Shown here piece after piece: positions 49,380-59,960 of a stretch of 64,000 nucleotides of DNA. Each line of letters starts with the position of its first letter. Positions within the stretch are counted from its first letter, which is position 1. This DNA is from Patescibacteria group bacterium (GTDB lineage Bacteria; Patescibacteriota; Patescibacteriia; UBA9934): positions 191,212-255,211 of the forward strand of contig JBBTSM010000003.1 of the NCBI GenBank assembly GCA_038064675.1, in the 5' to 3' direction. Below the pieces are notes generated by a model. It did not search any database, had not been told where the DNA came from, and saw nothing but the letters and a program-made list of their open reading frames with translations. A program made the translations under genes and the position numbers.

Positions 49380-51302
49380 ATGAATAAAATGCTTGAAGGT
49401 TCGTCATCTTTCGACATTCCAGAACCAAAACACGTGAAGCCTCACGCGCTTCACGAAGAAGACGTTGCTGAGCGCAAAGCGGCGAAGGTCCGGAAATCAA
49501 AAGAAATGCTTGGGGAAGAGGCATTGAAGCTTGATACAACGATTAATGGAATCGACATCCAAGTTCGCTTCAGCCCAGCACAAAAAGAGTATGTTCTCTC
49601 ATTCCCTGGCGCAAAAGGAAATGCTCTTGAAATTGGGAACTCTGCAGCGAACGCTCGCGAAATCTTCGGCAGAGCCGTTGGTCTTGCAGCCGGACAAAAA
49701 GGCGTCGCAGGCGTTCCGAACATTATAGAAAGACTTCAAACCCTCGCACTTGAGCTTCAAGCCGAACCCGAAGAAGGTGTACTTGTCGAAGAAGCGCCAG
49801 CGGTGCCTGCAGCGGCTGTAGAGGCCGAGATAGAAGCACCGGCGCGAGCGCCAGAAAACGAACCAACTCCTGGCATGAAGGAGATTCTCGCCGAAGAACG
49901 TACACGTAAGATGCAGGAAGGCGACGAGTTACTCAATCGCGAGAACGCCACAGAACGCGGTGCAAGAATTCTTCAGGAACGCTTCTTCGCAATCGATGAA
50001 TCACTTATTACCCAAGACGTTGCACTTGCGGCTCGCGAGCGTGCAGTGCAGTCAAGACTTGGAAAGTTTTTTGCAGGTGCTGTTGGCCTTGCCGCGAATG
50101 CATGGGACTCCACAAAAGCGCTCACAAAAGGCCTCGTTGTTGAAGGCGGTGGAGCAGTGGTTGACGTGTTCAAGCCAACAGAAACTGGTGCAATGCGTCG
50201 GTTTATGAACTTTGTCTTTGATGACGCAATGATCGGAACCGCCATTAGTTTCTTCACCAACAAAGAAGGCGCCTACAATCAGGCTAAACTAGAAGGCCTC
50301 GAGGAGCGTCTTCGCGAAAAGACCGCACACGAAGAGGAAGTCGCTCGTGTCACAAAGGAAAAAGCTGAAGCGATCGCGGCATTGAATACAGAAAAGTACG
50401 GCACTGCAACGCCTGGAATTGCGCAACGTTTCTCTGTGTGGCGTGAAGAGCGGGATCAGAAGAAGGAACTCGCACGCTTAAGCAAAGCAGAAACCAAGGC
50501 TGCACAAGAAGCCGCACAAAAGGAGGCAGCCATCGAACTCGCACAGGCGTTCGCAGCGCGCGGAGGCGATGTATTCAGCCAAGAAGAAGCTGAAACCATC
50601 GGCATGAAGCTACTCGAAAATGAGGAGATCGCGAACGGTGTCAAAGGAATGGCAAAGGGCATATTCGGAGGACCACTGGAAATCGTCCGCGGTAATCTTC
50701 TGATGCTTCGTCTTATTTCAAAGATCTTCACTACCGAGCGATTCGTTGCAACGAACCTCGTTGGCTCCCGAATCGATAAGGCGCTCCGATCAAGTGAGGA
50801 ACAGACAGAATTTGAAGCATCCCAAATCGCTCTTAAAGAGACCGATGACGAACGTGTTGTTGGATGGTTCACTCGAAACATCGTACAAGGAACCGTTGCT
50901 GGAGTACGAGCTCTCGGATCCGCGTTTTCTACCATTGGATCACTTCAGAACGGCGGAAAAGAAATTGATCACGACGCAGAACCAAAGGAGACTTCGCTCG
51001 CAGAACGACTGCTCTCAAATGTGTTCCGGTTGAAAGACCGACACGCGCTCAAAAATGCAGAAATTCAAGTACAAACTGTAGAAAGCAGCATCAAAGCAAA
51101 ATGGCGCATGCGAAAGGCGTACGAAGGTCTAATGTTCGCCGTGAATGCTGCACGTGCAGGCAGAATTAACGACGAGATGCTCAGAAACAATCCAGAGCTC
51201 GTAGCAAACTTGCGTAAGGCGCTACAAAATCTTGAGGAATCAGAACTTGAAGAGATCACCGAAGGAATTGAACTGCTCGACGATGTCGAACAGTCCGCTT
51301 AA
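49380..51302 (+). CDS. Large acidic coiled-coil hypothetical protein
   Basis: 640 aa, Ala/Glu-rich; start re-set to MNKML. Confidence 0.75.
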   Translation: MNKMLEGSSSFDIPEPKHVKPHALHEEDVAERKAAKVRKSKEMLGEEALKLDTTINGIDIQVRFSPAQKEYVLSFPGAKGNALEIGNSAANAREIFGRAVGLAAGQKGVAGVPNIIERLQTLALELQAEPEEGVLVEEAPAVPAAAVEAEIEAPARAPENEPTPGMKEILAEERTRKMQEGDELLNRENATERGARILQERFFAIDESLITQDVALAARERAVQSRLGKFFAGAVGLAANAWDSTKALTKGLVVEGGGAVVDVFKPTETGAMRRFMNFVFDDAMIGTAISFFTNKEGAYNQAKLEGLEERLREKTAHEEEVARVTKEKAEAIAALNTEKYGTATPGIAQRFSVWREERDQKKELARLSKAETKAAQEAAQKEAAIELAQAFAARGGDVFSQEEAETIGMKLLENEEIANGVKGMAKGIFGGPLEIVRGNLLMLRLISKIFTTERFVATNLVGSRIDKALRSSEEQTEFEASQIALKETDDERVVGWFTRNIVQGTVAGVRALGSAFSTIGSLQNGGKEIDHDAEPKETSLAERLLSNVFRLKDRHALKNAEIQVQTVESSIKAKWRMRKAYEGLMFAVNAARAGRINDEMLRNNPELVANLRKALQNLEESELEEITEGIELLDDVEQSA

Positions 51303-51312
51303 TATCTTTCCT

Positions 51313-51666
51313 ATGTCTCTCCAAACCATCATCAGCAGCTCACCACTCAGCGACGCAGATAAGAAGGCTCTTCTCAACCGATTGCAGGCAGAGGGCGCAA
51401 CGCCCGACGTCGTTGGATCAATCAAGGAGGCTTTGCAGGAATACATCGACGCAGGGTTCAAGACTCTCGGGGTAGAGGCCGACCCAAACAATCCAAGCGT
51501 CATTAGCGCGCAACAGCATTTCGACGAAGAAGTCGCTTCTGCTGAAGCGGAGTACAACGAAGACGTCGAAAATGCCACCATCGACGCCGCAGTTGCCCAG
51601 GCACAAACAAATAAGGCTATCGAGGCACTAGAAGCAGACACCATCAAAGCAAAGATCGCAGCGTAG
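51313..51666 (+). CDS. Hypothetical helical protein
   Basis: 117 aa, followed by a strong terminator at 51673-51712. Confidence 0.7.
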   Translation: MSLQTIISSSPLSDADKKALLNRLQAEGATPDVVGSIKEALQEYIDAGFKTLGVEADPNNPSVISAQQHFDEEVASAEAEYNEDVENATIDAAVAQAQTNKAIEALEADTIKAKIAA

Positions 51667-51717
51667 GATACAAAAAAACACACGGCGCCGAATCGGCGCC
51701 GTGTGTTTTTTTATTTC

Positions 51718-53460
51718 TTATACTGGCAATTTCCCTGCTTCGACCGCACGATTCACGATCTCGCTCTGCGAAATCACAAGGGCCTCGTCGCTTCCAAACA
51801 CCTTCACCTGAATATCTCCCCCATCGCGCTCCTTTGCGCCGACCACGATAGTCCACGGTACTTTGTTCATCGCGGCATCGCGAATCTTCTTCCCTACCTT
51901 CTCCGGTGCGTCGTCGAGCATGACACGCACACCAGCAGCTTCGAGAATCATCTTCATCGCTTTTGCGGTGTCGATGAATTCATCAGCGACGGTTGCAATA
52001 CGAACCTGCTCTGGCGCAAGCCACATTGGAAAGGCGCCGGCGAAGTGCTCAATCATCACACCAATGAATCGCTCCAACGATCCGAGAATCGCACGGTGAA
52101 TCATCACCGGGCGCTGTTTTATGTTTTCAGAATCCGTGTATTCAAGCTCGAATCGCTCTGGAAGATTAAAGTCGAGCTGAATTGTCGCAAGCTGCCATTC
52201 GCGACCAATCGCGTCCGTCGCAATGAAGTCGATCTTTGGCCCGTAGAATGCCGCCTCACCAACGCCAAAGAAGTATTCCTGGTTCATGTCGGCGAGCAAC
52301 TCCTTCAGCGTTCCTACAGCCTTCTCCCAAACCTCAGCGCCACCAAGATACGCTTCTGGCTTCGCAGGATCATTAACGGACAAACGAGCCTTGAGCGGCA
52401 TCTGAAACGCCTCGTAGAACTTCGTAATGATGTTTGCGATTGCGCGAGCCTCGTCCTTTACCTGATCGAGTCGGCAGAACACGTGAGCATCGTCTTGCGT
52501 GATCGATCGAACACGAGACAGACCCTGAAGCTGACCGGTGTTCTCGTCACGATATACCGTGGTCACTTCACTATAGCGAAGTGGGAGATCGCGATAGCTT
52601 CGACCGCGTGATGCGAAGATCTGCGTGTGGTGCGGGCAGTTCATTGGCTTCAACACGAATGCATCGTCCGTCTTTTTGCTCGACACATGAAAAATGTCGT
52701 CCGCAAACTTATCCCAATGTCCGCTCGTCTTGTACAGATCGCTCTTTGCCATGTGCGGAATGGTCACTTTGGTGTATCCGTACGGCTTCATGAGCGCCCA
52801 GACGAATGCCACGAGCTGCTCACGAAGCACGGTGCCGCGAGGAGTGAACAATGGAAGGCCTGGTCCAACCAGTGGAGAAAACGCAAAGAGATCGAGCTCA
52901 ACACCGAGCTTCCGGTGATCGCGCTTCTTCGCCTCTTCCAACATCGCCAAATGCGCATCACGCTCCGCCTTTGTCGCGAAAGCAATTCCGTAAATACGAG
53001 TGAGCATGTCGTTGTGCTCGTCGCCGCGCCAATACGCGCCAGCAAGCTTCGTGAGTGAGAAACACTGCGGATCGAGCGCAGCGATGCCGTCGGCATGTCC
53101 ACCGCGACAAAGATCGGAGTAGTTTCCTGATGTGTAGAGCGTCAGCGTCTGCCCGTCACCAGCAAACTCGTCGATGAGTTCAACCTTATACTTATTGTCT
53201 GCAAACATTGATCGCGCCTCAACAGCCGTCATCTCCTTACGATCGAATCGACTCCAATCTGGCATCAGCTCACGCATCTTTGCTTCAATCTTTGGAAGAT
53301 CTTCTTCCGAGATTGGTGTAGAGAATGCAAAGTCGTAATAAAAACCGTCATCGATCGCTGGTCCGATGGTACGTTTTGCGTCGGGATAAAGCTCGAGCAC
53401 CGCTGCGGCAAGCAAATGCGCCAACGAATGACGAAGATGCTGCAAATCTTCTGGGTTCAT
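51718..53460 (-). CDS. thrS: Threonyl-tRNA synthetase (no TGS domain)
   Basis: RHSLAH, DLCRGGH, KPMNCPHH, IHRAILGSLERF. Confidence 0.98.
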   Translation of the reverse strand: MNPEDLQHLRHSLAHLLAAAVLELYPDAKRTIGPAIDDGFYYDFAFSTPISEEDLPKIEAKMRELMPDWSRFDRKEMTAVEARSMFADNKYKVELIDEFAGDGQTLTLYTSGNYSDLCRGGHADGIAALDPQCFSLTKLAGAYWRGDEHNDMLTRIYGIAFATKAERDAHLAMLEEAKKRDHRKLGVELDLFAFSPLVGPGLPLFTPRGTVLREQLVAFVWALMKPYGYTKVTIPHMAKSDLYKTSGHWDKFADDIFHVSSKKTDDAFVLKPMNCPHHTQIFASRGRSYRDLPLRYSEVTTVYRDENTGQLQGLSRVRSITQDDAHVFCRLDQVKDEARAIANIITKFYEAFQMPLKARLSVNDPAKPEAYLGGAEVWEKAVGTLKELLADMNQEYFFGVGEAAFYGPKIDFIATDAIGREWQLATIQLDFNLPERFELEYTDSENIKQRPVMIHRAILGSLERFIGVMIEHFAGAFPMWLAPEQVRIATVADEFIDTAKAMKMILEAAGVRVMLDDAPEKVGKKIRDAAMNKVPWTIVVGAKERDGGDIQVKVFGSDEALVISQSEIVNRAVEAGKLPV

Positions 53461-53479
53461 AACAGAAAGTTACGTGAAT

Positions 53480-53617
53480 AAAAAATACCCGACCAAGACA
53501 CAACGTCTACAGTCGGGGTCGATGATCCATCGACGGTTCCACCCGAATTCCCTTCTTCGCGAAGGGCGCTCACTCAATTTGTATTCGACTCGCGGGTTGG
53601 TAGTCCGGTCGTTGCCG
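53480..53617 (-). ncRNA. T-box riboswitch (Thr), ultrashort stem I
   Basis: AATTCGGGTGGAACCGTCG T-box, overlapping terminator cccgac/gtcggg plus U tract, ACC/ACT in a short stem-loop, promoter TTGCGT-N17-TATAGT. Confidence 0.8.
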
Positions 53618-53659
53618 ATAAAAACACTATAGAACGAACCGAAACCAGACGCAAGTGGA

Positions 53660-54811
53660 CTACTCCGTAATGACAATCTTGATGTGATCCTTCAGCGTTG
53701 GCACGCGTTCAAGCCAGAACGGGGTAAAGTTTACGGATGCGTCTTTGACGGCGTCGGAGGCTCGGAGAAGCGTGAGGACTTCGTTTGGCGCACGGCCAAC
53801 AAAACGGTCTTTGTTCAACACGGCAGAATCTTCCGAAATGATCGCCTTCCCTTCAAGATACACACCGAGTGTTGCTGTGCCCTTCTTTGCATCGGCGCTC
53901 TTCACCGACATCTGCACCGAATCCGTGGACACATTCTCTGCGGCATATCCTTCCGGAACGCGATCATACAGCTGCGAAAGCGCGTATTTCTTTACCGCAT
54001 CCTGATCGTAATACACCGCCGTTACGTCCATCGCGAGGGTAACAGTAAAACTCCCAACATCAGCACCAACTGCGGCGCTCGCACCCTGGGACGTAACGTT
54101 TGATGAATATGATTCCCCACTAAACACATTCCGATCCACACCTGCCGACATGGTGGCTTTCGCCTTCTCCAACAGCGATGTTGAAACAGACGACACCGCG
54201 TCGTCGATATCTTTCTGCGTCAGCACACGCTTATACGACACGCCGCCCTTCATGGATTCCACGCTCACGGCATAAATCGTTTTCTGCATGGATTCTGGCA
54301 GACCAGGAATCGTAAACTGCGTTGGACCAATCTCGCCAGAGAGACCGGTCTTATCCGCGTGAGCGATCACATCCACCTGACCTTTTGATGGAACGTTCAC
54401 GGCGGAATCGATTCTAAAGAGTACACCGTCCTTCGAAAGCAGCCGCGTTGTTGCGACGAGTGCTTGCGATGCCGCAGATTCGTTGATAATCGTTACCGTT
54501 CCACCAGCCTTTTCTTCTACGGCCGTTCCTCCATCCGTTGGCAACGTAATAACTTCCTGCGTATCAAACGATTGCTTGGAAACAACCCCGCTCAACTCAC
54601 CATCGTTCGCTGGATTCGCAACCGCCTGCACTTCCGTGTCCACCGAAATCACTCGTGGATTTGCGATAATCGTAATCGTCGCTCGTGAAATTGATAAGTA
54701 CAACACCGCCAACAACAGGAAGAATGTCATGAACACAAATGCCACCGCGATTCGCTGATACACCTTCAGCGAACGCGACAGTGGCTGTGCCCCGCGAGTT
54801 TCACGTGCCAT
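53660..54811 (-). CDS. Hypothetical membrane-anchored protein (baseplate-J-like region, tentative)
   Basis: One TM helix, then G.VTIIN...TRL...G..FR...FTIPGL...GG. Confidence 0.75.
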   Translation of the reverse strand: MARETRGAQPLSRSLKVYQRIAVAFVFMTFFLLLAVLYLSISRATITIIANPRVISVDTEVQAVANPANDGELSGVVSKQSFDTQEVITLPTDGGTAVEEKAGGTVTIINESAASQALVATTRLLSKDGVLFRIDSAVNVPSKGQVDVIAHADKTGLSGEIGPTQFTIPGLPESMQKTIYAVSVESMKGGVSYKRVLTQKDIDDAVSSVSTSLLEKAKATMSAGVDRNVFSGESYSSNVTSQGASAAVGADVGSFTVTLAMDVTAVYYDQDAVKKYALSQLYDRVPEGYAAENVSTDSVQMSVKSADAKKGTATLGVYLEGKAIISEDSAVLNKDRFVGRAPNEVLTLLRASDAVKDASVNFTPFWLERVPTLKDHIKIVITE

Positions 54812-54841
54812 ATGCGGAAATTATAACACGAAGTGACGGAG

Positions 54842-55014
54842 TCAACGGGTGGCGCCGAGGATATCGCAAGTGCCAGTGGCGAGGGCGCATGTTTCGCAAC
54901 GAGCAGCATGTCGTCCAGCCACGGTCGAACGAAGTGAGACGTCGTGGCGTAGCGATCGTTGCGCACAGTGAAGAAACATGTACCCGAGCCACCAGCTTGC
55001 GATGAAGATACAGG
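54842..55014 (+). repeat. Family B long hairpin element, copy 2 (3' end replaced by a REP)
   Basis: TCAACGGGTGGCGCCGAGG start; stems atcgcaag/cttgcgat, gtggc/gccac, gcatgtttc/gaaacatgt. Confidence 0.75.
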
Positions 55015-55015
55015 T

Positions 55016-55042
55016 CTGGATCCCCGCCTACGCGGGGATGAC
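55016..55042. repeat. Single REP-like unit
   Basis: CTGGATCCCCGCCTACGCGGGGATGAC identical to the right half of 10641-10712. Confidence 0.8.
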
Positions 55043-55073
55043 TCAGAGTTCAAAGACAACGGCGATTCGACAG

Positions 55074-58000
55074 TTACACCTTCACATTCTCCTCCCCCAC
55101 CACTTCCCTCACCTTTTTTACGACCTCAAGCGAGAGCTCCACGGAATACTCCGTGGTGACTTTTCGCATTTCACCGCCGGATTCCACCAGAAGGAACACG
55201 CGAGCACGGCCAGGATGGGCACGGAAAATTTCACGAAGCCGCGCAATCATGTCGTGCGTTGGATTTTGCGGAACGGTGATCGACAATCCTTCGGAAAGCG
55301 ATCCCGCTGGCGCGGCGACCGGAGGCGGAGCATCCATCATCATCGGAATATCTGACGCATTCGAATCCGTCCATCCGCCACGCGCGAGCATCGATGTCAG
55401 CGACGGGATCTCCGATTCAGTAAAAGCAATTACACCGTCCACCAACACCGAATATTCCACCGTTTCCGATTCCTCCCGCTTACGATGCGATACCTTCCCC
55501 ATAATGAGCAGCATCGCCTCCGGATTCAGCGACATGCGAGCAGAGACGTAGATCTTTGGGAAAACGACCGATTCGATACTACCGGACGGATCTTCGATTC
55601 GGACGAATGCCATCGGTTCGTTTTTCTTCTTCGTAAAAATCTGCTTAATGTTACTTGCGACGCCGGCAATCTTCACCATCGCGCCGTCCTCATACGTCGG
55701 AATCGCGCTCGCTTTCACGATGTACGGCGAGAATTGATCGTAAAACAACCCCGCTGGATGTGATGAGACATACAGCCCAAGAAGCTCTTTCTCCCATGTG
55801 AGCAACAAGCTCGTTGGAATCGTCGGAACACTTCTGAACTCGATCTTCTGCTCCACAATCGACGTACTCAACCCAAACAACGACGTTTGGTTGCGTGCCA
55901 GTTCGTGCTGAACGTGCTTGTTGTACAGAACGAGGGTATCGAGGTTGCCCACGAGCTGTGAACGGTCGCCGAAGCGGTCGAGCGCACCGGCTTTCGTGAG
56001 CGCCTCGAGTGTTTTGCGGTTAAACGCGCTCGTCTTTACGCGGCCTAAAACATCAGCGAGATCCGCATACGGACCGCCTCGCTTTCGTTCGCGAACAATT
56101 TCTTCGGCGACTTCTTGTCCAACGTTCTTAATCGCAGATAATCCCCAACGCACATTCTTCGTATCCTTCACCACCGCAAAGCCAGCGAATGATTCGTTGA
56201 TGTCTGGCGCAAGCACCGTCAGCCCCATGCGTCGGCACTCCTCAACTTCGATAGTGATGCGGTCAATAATTCCTGAATCGGAATTCATCAACGCAGCCAT
56301 AAACTCCCCCGGATAATGCGCCTTCAAATACGCCGTGCGATACGCAATCATCGCATAGCATGCCGCATGAGATTTGTTGAAACCGTACGCAGCGAAATCT
56401 TCCAGTTTCTGGAACACCTTCATCGCAACATCGGGCTTTACGCCATTTTTCACGGAGCCGTCCACGAACTTTACCTTCATCTTCTCCATCAGCTCCGCAA
56501 TTTTCTTTCCCATGGCCTTACGGAGCGTGTCAGCTTCGCCTCCGGTAAAGCCCGCCATATCCTTTGCGACTTGCATCACCTGCTCCTGATACACCGGAAT
56601 ACCGTACGTTTCCCGGAACGAGTTCTCCATGAGTGGATGCTCATACACCACTTTTTCCGTTCCGTGCTTTCGGCGAATAAAACTTTCAATGAACTGCATC
56701 GGCCCCGGGCGATACAACGACACCATGGCGATAATATCCTCGAACGCGCTTGGCTTGAGCTCTTTAATATATCGCTTCATGCCGTCGGATTCCAACTGGA
56801 ACACGCCGGTAGTGTCGCCACGGCCAAGAAGCTCGAACGTCATCACATCGTCCAACGGCGCATTATCAAGGTCAACCACCACACCATGTACCGCGCGAAT
56901 AATATCGAGCGCGTCTTCGATGACTGTTAAGTTGGAAAGGCCAAGGAAGTCCATTTTCACGAGACCAACGGCCTCTGCGGAGTTCAGCGAATACTGTGTG
57001 ATGAGCGCCATGTCCTCCTTCTGGCCTTGCTGCAACGGAACACGCTGCACCAATGGCTTATCGCCAATCACAATACCGCACGCGTGCTGCGAAGCATGAC
57101 GAGGATTACCCTCAATCTTCATGGCAAGATCGATCACGCGGCGCACCATGGGGTTACCGTTGTACATCTGCTGCAAATCTGGCGTTTCCACAATCGCAAC
57201 CTTGAGCGGCGTGTGCTTTCCTTGAATCGGCGGTGGAACAACCTTCGCAATAACGTCGGCCTCTTGGAACGACAATCCAAGCACACGAGCCGCATCGCGA
57301 ACCGCAGCACGAGGCATGAGTGTTCCAAACGTCACAATACCTGCCACGTGATCCGCGCCGTATCGTTTCGTCACGTATTCCAACACTTTTCCGCGACCAC
57401 GATCGGCAAAGTCCGTATCAATATCCGGCATCGATACGCGATCCGGATTGAGAAAACGCTCAAAGAGCAAGTTGTATCGCAATGGCTCGATGTCCGTAAT
57501 ACGAAGTGCGTATGCAACGATGCTTCCGGCAGCCGATCCACGACCAGGCCCCACGAGCACCCCGTTATCTTTTGCCCACGTAATGTAGTCTTGAACGATT
57601 AAAAAGTACGACGAGAATCCCATCTTCACGATGGTGGCATATTCAAACTCAAATCGTTCCATGACGTTCGCGGGAATTGGATCGGCGTACCGGTCTTTCA
57701 ATCCTTGAATACACAACTCGTGCATCACATCGTTGTCCGTCTTCCCTTCTGGCAACGGATAAATCGGCAAAAAGTTCTTTCCCAATTCCATTGTGTAACT
57801 GACGCGATCCGCGATGCGCCGCGTGTTCTCGAGCGCTTCCGGGACATCGGCAAACGCCGCCATAATCTCATCCGGGGTTCCGAAGGAAAGATCAACGTCA
57901 TCCGTGGATGTACGACGAAAATCCTCAAGCGTACGACTGCGCTGAATACACAACTGCGCTTCGTATCCCTCGCGGTCGTCCGAGTTGAGATAGAACACGT

Positions 58001-58625
58001 TCTTGGTGGCGATCAGTGGAACATCAAGCTTTGCCGAAAGCGCTCGGAACGCATCGTTGATATCCACCTGCCGCGGCATGTCCGGATGATGAATGAGCTC
58101 GAGAAAGAAATTCCCCGCCCCAAAAATATCTTGATACTCACGAATAAGCGTTTCTGCCTTTTCGTGCTCGCCACCAAGATACGCGTGCGCGATTTCACCA
58201 CTGACACTTCCGGAAAGCGCGATGAGACCCTTCGAGTGAGCCCGAAGAAACGCCTTATCGACACGTGGTTTGTAGTAAAAACCTTCGAGGAATGCAGCAG
58301 AAACAATCGCAAGCAAATTTCGATATCCCTCTTCGTTTTCCACGATAAGGACGAGACGATACGGGCGGTCGTCGAGACGAGGCCTACGGTCCGTCATGCC
58401 GTGCTGTGCCACGAAGATATCCGCACCAATAATCGGCTTAATTTCCGCGTCCTTGCACGCCTTATAAAACTCCACCGCGCCGTACAGGTTTCCGTTGTCC
58501 GTTAACGCCAGTGCCGTCATTCCCATGCTTTTTGCACGCGCAACAAGCGCCTTGGGCTTTGGCAGCGCCTCAAGGAGCGAATAATGCGAATGGACGTGCA
58601 AATAGACGAAATCTTTCGGGTCCAT
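55074..58625 (-). CDS. dnaE: DNA polymerase III alpha subunit
   Basis: HVHSHYS PHP domain, GPGRGSAAGS, PDIDTD, YGFNKSH; true start MDPKDF at 58625. Confidence 0.97.
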   Translation of the reverse strand: MDPKDFVYLHVHSHYSLLEALPKPKALVARAKSMGMTALALTDNGNLYGAVEFYKACKDAEIKPIIGADIFVAQHGMTDRRPRLDDRPYRLVLIVENEEGYRNLLAIVSAAFLEGFYYKPRVDKAFLRAHSKGLIALSGSVSGEIAHAYLGGEHEKAETLIREYQDIFGAGNFFLELIHHPDMPRQVDINDAFRALSAKLDVPLIATKNVFYLNSDDREGYEAQLCIQRSRTLEDFRRTSTDDVDLSFGTPDEIMAAFADVPEALENTRRIADRVSYTMELGKNFLPIYPLPEGKTDNDVMHELCIQGLKDRYADPIPANVMERFEFEYATIVKMGFSSYFLIVQDYITWAKDNGVLVGPGRGSAAGSIVAYALRITDIEPLRYNLLFERFLNPDRVSMPDIDTDFADRGRGKVLEYVTKRYGADHVAGIVTFGTLMPRAAVRDAARVLGLSFQEADVIAKVVPPPIQGKHTPLKVAIVETPDLQQMYNGNPMVRRVIDLAMKIEGNPRHASQHACGIVIGDKPLVQRVPLQQGQKEDMALITQYSLNSAEAVGLVKMDFLGLSNLTVIEDALDIIRAVHGVVVDLDNAPLDDVMTFELLGRGDTTGVFQLESDGMKRYIKELKPSAFEDIIAMVSLYRPGPMQFIESFIRRKHGTEKVVYEHPLMENSFRETYGIPVYQEQVMQVAKDMAGFTGGEADTLRKAMGKKIAELMEKMKVKFVDGSVKNGVKPDVAMKVFQKLEDFAAYGFNKSHAACYAMIAYRTAYLKAHYPGEFMAALMNSDSGIIDRITIEVEECRRMGLTVLAPDINESFAGFAVVKDTKNVRWGLSAIKNVGQEVAEEIVRERKRGGPYADLADVLGRVKTSAFNRKTLEALTKAGALDRFGDRSQLVGNLDTLVLYNKHVQHELARNQTSLFGLSTSIVEQKIEFRSVPTIPTSLLLTWEKELLGLYVSSHPAGLFYDQFSPYIVKASAIPTYEDGAMVKIAGVASNIKQIFTKKKNEPMAFVRIEDPSGSIESVVFPKIYVSARMSLNPEAMLLIMGKVSHRKREESETVEYSVLVDGVIAFTESEIPSLTSMLARGGWTDSNASDIPMMMDAPPPVAAPAGSLSEGLSITVPQNPTHDMIARLREIFRAHPGRARVFLLVESGGEMRKVTTEYSVELSLEVVKKVREVVGEENVKV

Positions 58626-58730
58626 GGGCGTAGAGTAACAGACCACGCGTGTTTGAGCGTTGTGGACAGGTTTCGGCCTAGACGAAATCTCGTTTTTCTG
58701 CGAATATAAGCCACGCAACCTAGGTACTTC

Positions 58731-59237
58731 ATGCACGTTCCCCGTCCCCTTCCCATCACTCGTTCTCTCTTCCACTTCCTGGCCCGGAAGCCCCGCATCA
58801 ACGATATCCTTCGCCACCGCGAGATGACGATGAAGCTCGCCGAGAGCATCGCCCTCCACGGCGCGATGGCTGCGGTGTTCGTGTGGCTCGTCACAAACGT
58901 ATTCCTCGGCTTCGGGCCAGCGCTCCCCTTCGTCACCTTCCTGGCGTTCGCTTCGTGGGCAGCCCTCTACCTGAAGGCCCAGAACCCGGTGATGAGCACG
59001 CTTCTCTGGGGCGGCAAGATCTACATCTTCAACGGCTTCGGCGGCTACAACTTCACCACCGAAATCGGGGTCGTCGAAAACAAGGAGATTTTGGTAGCCG
59101 TGGAAGTCTGCGTTCCTGGGGTGTTCTTCTTTCTCCCCGATCGCCGCTCCGAGCTCCGGCCGTTCAAGCCGCACTCGCAATATGTTGAGATCGCGTGGAC
59201 CGCCGAAGCCGTCGCCGACGCGATGCGGGCAGAGTGA
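58731..59237 (+). CDS. GC-rich two-TM ORFan (cassette-like unit)
   Basis: G/C-ending codons; long 3' hairpin 59254-59316. Confidence 0.7.
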   Translation: MHVPRPLPITRSLFHFLARKPRINDILRHREMTMKLAESIALHGAMAAVFVWLVTNVFLGFGPALPFVTFLAFASWAALYLKAQNPVMSTLLWGGKIYIFNGFGGYNFTTEIGVVENKEILVAVEVCVPGVFFFLPDRRSELRPFKPHSQYVEIAWTAEAVADAMRAE

Positions 59238-59328
59238 GCCAACTGTTCCACACAACACGAGGCCCCGTGAGAGCCGCCGAAAGGTGGTGACTCCGGGGCT
59301 TTGCCGTTTCGTGTTACCATTTCTGCAT

Positions 59329-59589
59329 ATGGATTCTAAAGACATTCTCTACATGGTGCTTGCGTTTTGCGCGCTGTGGTTTACGGCGTTCCTCTGTTTT
59401 GCGCTCTACCAGGTGGCACGATTCATGAAACGAATGCAGGAACTCTCCGCACACCTTCGAGAAAAGGCAGATGAGGTACTCAACAGCATCAACACCATCC
59501 GCATGAAAATTGAAGGCCACGTGAACGCCATCACCAGCATCGGCGACGGGATTCGGAAAATCATGGACGCGTTAAGGAATCGAGAGTAG
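59329..59589 (+). CDS. Small TM plus coiled-coil protein
   Basis: 86 aa, DUF948-like architecture. Confidence 0.7.
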   Translation: MDSKDILYMVLAFCALWFTAFLCFALYQVARFMKRMQELSAHLREKADEVLNSINTIRMKIEGHVNAITSIGDGIRKIMDALRNRE

Positions 59590-59630
59590 TAAAAAACCGC
59601 CCGCTGGATTTCGCAGTGGGCGTTTTTTAT

Positions 59631-59900
59631 TTACGCGATGAGCATGGTGTGGCGCTCCAGGCGACCGATTCGCATGTTGTGCTCGTCGATTTGCGGGAGA
59701 ATCGAGGAACCGATGAAGTCGGTGACTTCGCCGATAATACGCTCTTCTGCGACAGCGATACGGCCGACCACATCAGCGATGATACGCTTTTCAGACGCAA
59801 CAATGAGATCGAGCATTTCTTCTCGCATTTCAAGTTTAAATGTCGCGTTATTCTCACGGAACATGTCACGAAGAACCTGAATATCATTTTTGCTAAGCAT
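59631..59900 (-). CDS. Small coiled-coil hypothetical protein
   Basis: Internal repeat ASEKRII/VAEERII. Confidence 0.65.
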   Translation of the reverse strand: MLSKNDIQVLRDMFRENNATFKLEMREEMLDLIVASEKRIIADVVGRIAVAEERIIGEVTDFIGSSILPQIDEHNMRIGRLERHTMLIA

Positions 59901-59960
59901 AGATGATGTTAAGAATTATTCGTGGGGATTTTTAGTGGGGATATTTCGATACTATCACAT

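Noticed and set aside
58626-59345. 240-aa N-terminal extension of DnaE in the ORF track
   Set aside because: It is the antisense shadow of the GC-rich ORFan at 58731-59237; the PHP domain starts at MDPKDF (58625), giving a normal 1183 aa with no sign of an intein
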